A DNA stretch of 64,000 bases from the human T2T-CHM13v2.0 reference genome, Homo sapiens: assembly GCF_009914755.1 (NCBI RefSeq), contig NC_060939.1; one strand, 5' to 3'. Below are positions 25,441 to 37,600 of the stretch, piece after piece. The notes beneath the pieces are model-generated. The model worked only from the letters and a program-made list of their open reading frames with translations, made no database searches and had not been told where the DNA came from. Numbering within the stretch: the stretch's first letter is position 1; the number at the start of each line of letters is the position of its first letter. Made by a program: the position numbers and the translations under genes.

Positions 25441-26999
25441 TATTTCTTGGAAAGACTGAGTGTGTCAAAGAATCATTCTGTTTGCTGTCTGAAAACAAAT
25501 GACACAGTATTTGTTTTGAACAAATGAAACAGTGTTTGTTTTGGTGTGCAAAGGCCTTTGACCCTTTCTGTGTCAATGTACTTTTTTATCATCACATAAA
25601 CATCATGTATAACCAAATTTAAATTTTTGTAGTGTGTATTAATGCCTTTTATTTTGTTTAGTTATTCATAATCATTTTTCAAAATATCTTTATTCTTATA
25701 TTTTATCACTTTTTATTAAATTAATGGAAATGTCACCCATTCTCTATAATTGTTTTCCACAAATTTCCTCTGAAATACTTCTAGTTGAAAAGGTGCAGAA
25801 AGTTTGCTAGGAACCACAAGACAAAATTTGCTAGAGACTCATACTTAAAACGGGTTTTGTATATGGCTTAGTTTGTTCTAATTTGCAAGGTTCAAAAGCA
25901 TTGATTTGAATACATGGAATACCAAGACTCCCTTCCAGCACACAAAGACCAGTTATTTTGTTAATATGCACGAATAAACTTCAGCATATTGTTTTTCTTT
26001 TACCTGAAATTTATAGATACTGGCTTGAATCTCTGATTCCTTCTACATAGTATTTGTAAACGTCTGCAAGACATTTCCTTATACTTATGGCTCATAATAT
26101 AGGTGTGTATTCTTCTCTTTCTCTTTGATGAGTAAATACCAAAATTGCTTCTTCAGTTAAAAAAAAAAAAAAGCCACTCCGAAAATCTGTGCATACAACT
26201 GCACACAGCAAATGTTTTCCGATTATCGTCTGTAGAAAAGAAATGGGAACTTCAATTTATTTTCTTGTATCAGATAATAATCTTTTAAAAGTGATTTATA
26301 CTTTTATAGATTACCAGAGAATTTTCAGAGTTGCTTTCTGTCCAGGACATGTGTGGGGCTCAGAGACACCATAGACAAAGTTGCCATGTTCTGTGATGCT
26401 TCTGTCCAACAGGGTTTCAGAAAACTTGACAAAAATTAAACTGTAAGGTGGAAGAGCTGCCCTTGGGAACTGAGAGGACAGGTTTCAGGCCTGGGATGGG
26501 ATGGACAGGGGAAGCCTCCAGGAGGAGGAACATTGGAGGAGATGCTGGAGAGTGAGGCGCAGTGGGTCCAGGAGACAGGGGAGGGAAAGCGAGGAGGAAA
26601 ACCTGTGTGCCTGGCACAGGCCAGGCCATGAGAAGAGGGCGGTGGATTGGAAGGAGCGCTGGGATGAGTAATTGGTGAGGACGCAGGAGCAGGAAGGGCA
26701 GACCACGGAGGGACTGGGCAGGGGAGGCAGGGAGGGCCGCTCCCTGAGGACTGCGCTCTGTGGGGAGGGATTCGAATGTCTGGGTTTGGTTCCCTGAGAT
26801 GTTACCCCAGCCCATGAGCTCAGCCTATGGGAAGGACGTTGAGGAGTGAGTGGGCCCTGTCCCCTGGGGAGGCTCCTGGGCTGGGCCAGGGGGGCGTGGG
26901 TCTGGGAGAAAGGAGGGTGGAGAAGAGCAAAGAGGACCCCCGGCTGCCTGACTGCAGGGCTCATGGGGCTGCCCTTGTTCCTGGCCTTTTCTCTATCGC

Positions 27000-27505
27000 T
27001 CAGACCCTCGCTTCCCCGCCAGGGCAGGTTTCTGCCACCTCAGTGCTTTTGCAGGTGGTGGGATCCATGGAGGAGAAAACTCAGATCTGCGGACTCCTCT
27101 CCACCTGGCGCCCACACAGGTGAGGCTGGGAGCAGCCTGAAGGGAAGTGCGGGTGCGGGGGTCGCAGCTGCGCAGTGAGGGGAACCGGAGGCTGCCGCGC
27201 AGGCTGGGCTTGGGGGCGGGAGCCAGGCCCACGTGGGGCGTGAGGGCCGCGGGTGCAGGGCAAGGCTGACAGGGAGTGAGGGAGGAAGGTGGAGGGCGGT
27301 GATCAGAGGGCGCGGCTGACAGGGGGAGAGGGCGGTGAGATCTACAGGAGAACTCAGGGCGGATGTCTGAGGGGTCTGCGCTGGGCTTTCCGGTGGCTTC
27401 GCCCGGAACGCGCGCTTGTTCCTGAGGCGGTGCCTGCCTGTGTCGTCGTCCCTGTTTGTTCTTCAAACGTCAGGATTTCTCCGTGTTTCCCAGACCGTAA
27501 CGTAC
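27000..27505. promoter_or_regulatory. CpG island within a GC-rich 26400-27500 block
   Basis: About 30 CpGs in ~450 bp by hand count; GC box ggggcggg at ~27213, E-box cacgtg at 27230, ETS-like ttccgg/ccggaa at 27388-27408, acgcgcgc. Confidence 0.75.
27055..27119 (+). other. 65-nt exon-like segment in the CpG island
   Basis: tgcttttgcag| acceptor and cag|gtgagg donor. Confidence 0.35.
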
Positions 27506-28019
27506 ATTTAAAAAGCTTGCTTTCTGTCACATATGCCCTTTTATATTATGGACATAACAATTGTTACTTACCTACGTTTCCTATTTGTGAATTATTCATA
27601 GATAAAGAATTTACCAAAACTTTTATTTTTAGTTGACACATTGCGTATATTTATGGATAACAGTGTGATATTTTGATTCTTGTATTCATTGGGGAAGATT
27701 CAATCAAGCTAATTAACATGGGCATCAACTCACCAGCTAATACTTTATGGTGAGAACACTAAAAATCTTTTATTTAGCTATTCTAAAATGTACAGCGTGA
27801 CTTCGGAGGAAATGATACTGCCCGGCCTCAGTAGCCCGAGACTGATCATTTCTAAATCTTGAGGTTCCCATTTCTGAGGGGGTCATGGCTGCATGCCCGT
27901 AAGCAAGGGGGGTGTTGGGGTGCTTTGTTTGCCCTGTTAATTTTGGGTGCCTCTGTGTTCTGAGAACTATTAAGATAATAGGTGTTTGAGAAATCCAGTT
28001 GCTTTAACTTTTCCTTTGT

Positions 28020-29160
28020 TTTAGTCTGTTAACAACGTTATCGCTTTTCTTTTACTGACTTTAGATTTAATATATTCTTCCTTTTCTAGGTTCCAAAGGT
28101 GGAAACACAGATGACAGATTTTTGGTCTTTTCGTCATTTCCTATGTATGTGTTTAATGGTATTTATTTGCCTATATGTTCTGCTTTCCTTTCATCCTACA
28201 AATTTTGATAAATTGTGTTTTTATTTTCATTTAGTTAATTTAAAAAATTTCTCTGGTGATATCTTCTTTGACCCATATATTATATGGAAGTGTGTTGTTT
28301 AATCTCAATGCATTTTGGGATATTACAGTTATCATTCCATTCATCCTTTGATTTCTATTTTAATTCCACTGTGGTCTTAGAGCTGACATTGTATGATTTA
28401 CTTTTTAAAAATTGTTGGGGTATTTTTTGTCTCAGAATGTGGCACATTTTGCTGAATATTCCATGTGAGCTTAAGAAGAATGTGTCCTCTGGAGTAGTTG
28501 AGGGAAGGAGACTGTAGGTGTCAGTTATGCCCAGTTGCTTGTTGGTGCTGTTGAGTTCAGCTTTTCCCTCCTGAATTACTGCCTGCTAGATCTGTCCGTA
28601 TCTGATATAGGGTGTTAACGTTTCCAACTATAATACTGAATTCATCTTTTTCCTTGTGGTTCTGTTGATTTCTGCCTCATAGTTTACGCTCTGTTATCAG
28701 GCTCATAGGCTTTAAGAATTAGGACATCTTCTTGGAAGAATGGCTCTTCATCTCTATGTAATGCCCTTCTTTATTCCTGATGACTTTTCTTGCTTTGAAG
28801 TCTGCTCTGCCTGTAATTCATATAGCTCTTCTTGTTTACTTTGATTAGAGTTAGCATCGTACATTTTGTTCCATTCATTTACGTTTATTTGTCTTTATAT
28901 TTGGGTTGGGCTTATAAATAACAGTTGTGTCTTGTTTTTTGATTCATTTTGTAAATCTGTGTCTTTTACTTGGTGCAGTTAGACCATTGACATTCAAAGT
29001 GGTAAGTGATACAGTTGGATTAATATTTATCATATTTGTCAATGCTTTTGATTTGTTGTCCTTGTTCCTTCTTCCTATTTTCATCTTCCATTCATTTTCT
29101 GCCTTTTGTGATTCTCATTGAGCATTTTATATTTTTCCATCTCTCACATTCCTTAAAATA
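28020..29160 (-). mobile_element. Old L1M ORF2 (endonuclease-region) remnant
   Basis: Antisense L1 strings, e.g. ttccatgtgagcttaagaagaatgtgt and gttagaccattgacattcaaagtg. Confidence 0.75.
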
Positions 29161-29519
29161 TGAGTTATATATAATTTTATCTTTCTGTTGGTTTAACATT
29201 TTTATATCCTTAGTTTATTATAAGAAAAAACAATTTCTTGAAAATAGAAAAATTATTAAATAATATATGCCTATGCATATATCTTATGTATAAGTATATA
29301 TGTGTACAGATATATGCACATGTGCATGTGTGTTTGTGTGTGTGTATATGTATATATATATACACATATATATATGAAGTGGATATCAGCAATAATGCAA
29401 AGGACAGGAGAAAGGAATTAGGATTATTTGTTATTATAAGATACAGTAACTGTGAACAATATAACTTTATTTGAAAGTAGCTTAGTTTAGTATTTTTTAT
29501 AGTTTTTATATGATTTTGA

Positions 29520-31420
<1,901 letters not shown>

Positions 31421-31469
31421 AGTTTTAAATATAATATTTCCAACTGTAGAACAGTCTATTGCACAAAAA

Positions 31470-31757
31470 GCCTCTTACCTTCCTGGCTGTTGGCCATTGG
31501 CTAAATAAAGTGCCTTGCCAAGGGGGCTTCTGTCACATGGCTTCATAAAATCCATCGAGAGAGACATTTCTAGCAAGACCAAAATCATAATCATATATAA
31601 GAATCCAAGTGACACTTCTATACCTTTGCACTATTCTATTGTTTCAAAGCAAGTCACAATTCCTGCTTAGACTCACTTGGATGGGTTTACAGTCGAAGGT
31701 CGTGTATATGAGAAGGTGGGGATAAATGGGCACCAACTTAGAGTCTACCTGACACAT
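31470..31757 (-). mobile_element. Old MLT1 LTR fragment
   Basis: attctattg...agcaagtcac...cttagagtctacctgacaca terminus; the terminus recurs at ~43270 and ~48230. Confidence 0.6.
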
Positions 31758-32186
31758 CAGGTATTCTCCTATATGAAACAGTTTCCTGGCCTTCACTTCT
31801 TTTTCATGACCTTGACCCTTTTGAAAGGTACCAGTCAGGTATTTAATAGGATGTCACACGATATGGTGTTAGCTGATATTTTCTCATGATTAAACTAGGA
31901 ATATTAATGAATGAAATAACTTCACTTAAATCTGAAGACAAAAAAGCCCTAAAGAATATAGTATTCAGAAATACTCAAAGAGGAAAAACTATTTTTAAAG
32001 TATGGAATGACAATTCACAATATAGTTAAGTTCAGTGCTTAAGGAAAACTGAGAAATTAAGGAGATGCACAAAGGAGGTATCAACAATATTGCTAATCAT
32101 TGGTTTTTTTTAAGCTTGGGAGTGACATTAACAACAACAACAACAACAACAAAAAAAAAACAAGTTTTAAAGAATGGTTTTCCAAA

Positions 32187-32513
<327 letters not shown>

Positions 32514-33463
32514 TTAAGAATAGTTGCAAATCTAGTATAGAGTTTCCATTTACTCCATGCACAGTGTCCTTTATTATTAGTCTCATAGTGTGAAACATTT
32601 GTCAAAATTAAGCAACCAATATCATGTATTGTCACTGAGTACTATACATACTTTATTCGGATTTTTTAGTTTTTGCTTAATCTTAAGTTTATGTTTTAGG
32701 ATCTCTTCTAGGATATGTCATCACATTTAGATATTATTGCTTCATAGGCTCCATTGAATGTGATAGTTTCTAAGAGTTTCCTTGTTTTTGATGCCGTTGA
32801 TGTTTCTAATTTGGGATTTCTCTGATGTTTCTCTCATGATGAGACTGGACTTCTGGGCTTAAGGGAGGAAGAATACAGATGAAAAGTACTATTCCTATCA
32901 CATAATATCCAGGGCACAAGCTGTCAACAGGCTCTATCACTGTTGATGTTAATTTGATCACCTGGATAAAAATCTTTTAGTTCTAAAAATCTCTTCTGTA
33001 AAATTATTCTTTTTCTCCCTTTTTATGTTGTGTGTATTAAAAAAGTCACTATATACAATGCACACTCAATACTGGGAGAATCATACACCACTGCTTTTTC
33101 TTTGAAATAAATTTGTTAAAATTTCAATGGCTTTGGGATTACATGTAGTTTTTGGTTACATGCATGAATTGTATGGTGGTGAAGTCTGGGGCTTTTAGTG
33201 TACCTGTCACATCAAAAGTGTACATTTTACCTCATAGGTAATTTTTTATCCCTCACTCACCTCCAACCCTCCTCCTTTCAGAATCTTTAATGTCCATGAT
33301 CCCCCTCTGCATGCTCCTGCATATCCATTGCTTACCCCAAACTTGTAAGTGAGAACATGTGGTATTTGGTTTTCTGCTCCTGAGTTACTTCAATTATGAT
33401 AATGGCCAAATTGCTTTGAAAAACACTATTTTGTTCTTTTCTATGGCTGAGTAGTATTCTGTA

Positions 33464-33495
<32 letters not shown>

Positions 33496-33605
33496 TTTCT
33501 TTATCCACTAATTGGTTGATGGGCACTTAGATTGATTTCATATTTTTGCAGTTGTGAATTGTGCTGTGATAAACCTAGAAGTGTAAGTGTCTTTTTGATA
33601 GAATG

Positions 33606-33608
<3 letters not shown>

Positions 33609-33701
<93 letters not shown>

Positions 33702-33968
33702 TCTCACTTTGTCCTACAGGCTGGAATGCAGTGGACCAATCTCATCTCACTGCAACCTCTGCCTCCTGGATTCAAGGAATTCTTGTGCCTCAGCCGCTGG
33801 AGGAGCTGGGACTGCAGGCATGACACACCTGGTTAATTTTTGTATTTTTAGTAGAGATGGGATTTTGCCTTGTTGGCCAGGCTGGTCTGGAACTCCTGCC
33901 CTCAAGTGATCCATCTGCCTCTGCCTCCCAAAGTACTGGAATTACAGCTGTGAGCCTCTGCACCTGGC
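33609..33968 (-). mobile_element. Alu whose tail is a (GT)n(GA)n microsatellite
   Basis: Alu body ~33692-33968; compound dinucleotide repeat in the tail position. Confidence 0.92.
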
Positions 33969-34669
33969 TGAAACTGCCTTTGCAAAATTATGACTGAGAC
34001 AGTGAAAGAGATCTAACCTAACCGACTCCATCTTGCTTCTAACCTTTTAAGCAGTCCTTGTTCCTTCCTGGGCAAAGTTAAACTAACTTTGGGAGGAACT
34101 TACTTTACAGCTTATAGTTTAAAACAAAGACAGTAACAGTACTTTCTCAAAACAAACCTCTTTCTTACCTGGAGACTAGACTGCGTTTGTAGGACTAAGA
34201 AATTAGCCACATGATTAGAAATTATGGCTTAGGAGTCATGCAGCTGGAGGCTACAAGATTCTGACCCTCCCTAAACTGCTCCAAAGATCAGTGCTTGAGG
34301 TATTTTGCAGCCCCTGCACTTGATGGATCAGCTGGCACAACCCTGGTGGATAAACTGCCTGATCTGATCTTGTGGCCTCCACCTAGGAACTGAGTCAGCA
34401 TACGAGGACAGCTTGGACTCCCTGTGATTCCATCTCTGATCTGACCAATCAGAACTCCCAACTCACTGGCCTTCCCCCACCCACCAAATTATCCTTTAAA
34501 ACACTGATACCTGAATGTCCTGGGAGACTGATTTGAGTAATAATAAAACTCCTCCAGTCTCCTACACAGTTGGCTTTCTGTGAATTACTCTTTCTCTATT
34601 GCAATTCTCCTGTCTTGATAAATCCACTCTTTTAGGCAGCAGGCAAGGTGAATCCATTGGGTGGTTATA
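33969..34669 (+). mobile_element. Solo LTR8-like ERV1 LTR
   Basis: Starts tgaaactgcctttgcaaaattatgactgagacagtgaaagagatctaac; aataaa at ~34542; ends attgggtggttata. Confidence 0.85.
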
Positions 34670-37600
34670 CTGTATGTCATTTTCAGCATAGACTGTCTTC
34701 TTGAACATACATTTATTTTGTCCCATCCCAACCCCCAAAGGATGTGGCTAGGAAAAGAAGAAAAAAAAAAAGGTCCCAACATCTTTTCTTTTTCCTTCTG
34801 GATCTCCTTTCCGGAAGCAGGGCGTCAGTGACAGGAACATTTTGACCCCAGCTCTTAGTCCCTCTTAGGTCTGTGGAAGCCTCAGAAGGCGTGGCCAGGC
34901 CAGGGCATCCTGGCTGAGCACAGGGTTTGGCACCTCCTCCCTCCCTGGCACTATGCAGACAACTCTGAGTACTGAAAGATGAAACTAACACACCTCAAGG
35001 AAGGATACGTACCTCGATGCATGCCACAGAGACACACTTCCAGGATCTTTTTAAGACCTTACCCATGTTTTGCAAGGAAAAGCAACACAGAACTGAAGTG
35101 CCTTCAGTTATTTCAGGTGGGGCTGTCTTGTACAGGGCAGTCAGGGAGAGAGACTGGAAGGTAAGGGGAGGGGACAGCCAGTCCTTCCAGTTAGCAAAGT
35201 TCAGGCTCACTGACTGCTTCTAAGTCACTGCTCACTCACTGCTTCTTAGATTAGAATACCCTGGGAATCAGCTACAATAACCTCAGACAAGGAACCATAA
35301 AAACCTGAAATGCACATTGGGTGCCAGCCAACAATGAAGCTTGGCTGCCAAGACAAAAGTTGCTCTTTCTCTTCCTGCTACCTTGGATGTTCCAGGTTGT
35401 AATTTGCAAATGTATTGCCTGGCCCTTAAGGGTTGGCAGCTAACGATTGGTTGCAGAAGGAGCCTGGCCTAGGAGTGAGAGAGATGCCAGCACAAGAGAA
35501 ACCCACTGACTATGAGCCAGGAAGTGGGCTGTCACCAGACACCAAACCTGCTGGCGCCTTGATCTGGGACCTCCCAGTCTCCAGACTCCTCAGGGCCACT
35601 GTCATCTTGTGAAGCAATCACCACATGTTCCCATCACAGCTGATGGTGGCAATTAACCCATGCAGAGTACTGAAATGAGCCAGGCTCTGTCTGCCCTCTC
35701 ATGTGTAGTCACCCAGTTAATCCTGGCAGCAGTCCTGGGTTCTCTGCATTTCCAGAGTGCAAGTCCTCCAGTAACCACTGAAATGCTTTCTCAGGAGTTG
35801 TTGTCAACTCCTTAAAAACATTTCTCCTTACTTGGCACAGAGCACAGTGACACCAGAAACAGGCTTCCCTGGACCCCAACCCTGGCAGTGGCCATGTCAC
35901 TCAGGCCCAGGAAGAAGGCAGGCTCTGGTCTCCCGCTGGGCAGCAACACCTAACTTAACCCAGATTTCTCACTTGGGTGAACTCTTGGATCACCATGCCC
36001 AGTCTGACGGAGTCTGCAGCAGATGCAATAAGGGCTTTGGGGCCTGGAAGTGGAGCTCATCCAGGTGCCAAGCCCGAGATTGGGCACCCCTCCTTCACAC
36101 CATCTGTGGGGACTTCCTCCCTTCCCCGGGGGAACGCCACTGAGAACCGACCTGACGGTGCCAAGAGGGCGAATTTCCCCCAAGTCCTCTGAAATATGTT
36201 GTCATGATTTGTAACAGGAAGCAGAGTGAGGAGCACAAAGTGCTTCCAGAGACTAGGTGATGGGCCACATCCCTGGCCGATGTGTTGAGCCCCTGAACCA
36301 AAGTCTCTGCGACCACCACCTTTGCCTGTCTGCCCCAGGTTTCTAAGCATGTGCTCCGCAGACTCTTGTGCCCCAGGCCACCAGCCACTCTTGCCTGTAC
36401 TCCCCCAGCCCCAGCGGAGCTGCCACAGGCGCCTTCTGCTCACCAGGTGGAATTTACCTTTTATCCTGTGCAGCAGGCTGCAGAACGCGCCCCTCCGCTC
36501 CCTCCATGTGGGACTGCAAGGGGTCGGGTCCACCACCGAGGCTGCCTTTATGGAGAACCCTGCACTTGTCCCGAGCCTGAAACCCCCGAATTGCAGGGTC
36601 CAGGAAGACTGGAGGTGGCGCCTGATAGAATGACTTCCTTTCATTTGGGTCCATGCCCAGTGGTGGGATTGCTAGATTGAATGGTAGCTCTGCTTTTAAA
36701 AGTTCATTGAGAAATCTCCATACTGTTTACCATATAGGTTGTACTTATTTACATTCCCACCAAGGGTGTCTAAGCATTCTCTTTTCACTTCATCCACACC
36801 AATATCTATCATTTATTGACTTTTTCATAACGGTCCTTCTGACTAGGGTAAGATTGGTATCGCATTGTGGTGTTAATTTGCATTTCCTGATGATTAGTGA
36901 TGTTGAGCATTTTTTTTTCATATGTTTGCTGGCCATCTGTGTATCTTCTTTTGCCTGTTCATGTCATCTCCCCACTTTTTAATGGGGTTATTTATTTTTT
37001 TCTTGCTGATTTGTTTGTGTTTCTTGTAGATTCTGAATTAGTCCTTTGTTGGATGGACAGTTTCCAAATATTTTCTCCCATTCTGTAGGTTGTTTCTTTA
37101 CTCTGTCGATTATTTCTTTTGCTGTGCAGAAGCTTTTCAGTTTCGCTAAGTCCCATTTATTTGTTTTTGTTTATGTTGTAGTTGCTTTCAGGGTCTTAGT
37201 CAAACATTCTTTGCCTAGGCCAATGTCCAGAAGATTTTTTCCTAGTTTTTCTTCTAGAATCTTTATAGTTTCGTGATTTACATTTAAGTCTTTAATCCAT
37301 CTTGAGTTAATTTTTATATATGGTGACAGATAAGGATCCAGTTTCATTCTTCTGCATGTGGCTATCTTATTTCCCAGCACGTTTTATTGAATGGGGTGTT
37401 CATTCCTCAGTGTATGTTTTTGTCTGTTCTGTTGAAAATCAGTTAATCGTAAGTATTTGGCTTCATTTCTGGGGTCTCTGTTCTGTTCCTCTGGTCTGTA
37501 TGTCTACATTTATACCAGTATCATGTTAGTGTGCCAGCAGATGTTGTAATGGACTGTGTTGGTTGACCGTGGGCCAGAAGGTGGCACTTGCAGGAGAGAG

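Larger units (their letters stand above)
13750..26330 (+). repeat. Older diverged copy B of the tandem unit
   Basis: Same landmark order as A/E: L1M remnants, MLT1 3' end at 20283-20480, tacag|ggatt at 21186, gtgctgagcactgagt at 22372, GC module at 24830, and 25620-26250 matching 5820-6540. Confidence 0.9.
33609..36622. other. 3,014-bp insertion (microsatellite + Alu + LTR8 + ~2 kb unique GC-rich DNA) flanked by a 13-bp TSD
   Basis: tgatagaatgact at 33596-33608 and 36623-36635; removing the insert restores continuous L1 sequence. Confidence 0.88.

Noticed and set aside
26417-27636. ORFs over the CpG island, including RTPLHLA (ankyrin-like) and VVGSM (Argonaute-like) short peptides in the 65-nt segment
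   Set aside because: Matches of 5-7 residues without continuation; no neighbouring coding exons found.
27809-27852. Small hairpin gaaatgat...atcatttc with ctga
   Set aside because: Only an 8-bp stem, an imperfect C box, and too short for a snoRNA or pre-miRNA.
36057-36644. Longest ORF (195 aa) and overlapping ORFs in the GC-rich insert
   Set aside because: No recognisable domain; the start codon lies in L1 flank outside the insert; many overlapping ORFs are expected in GC-rich DNA.
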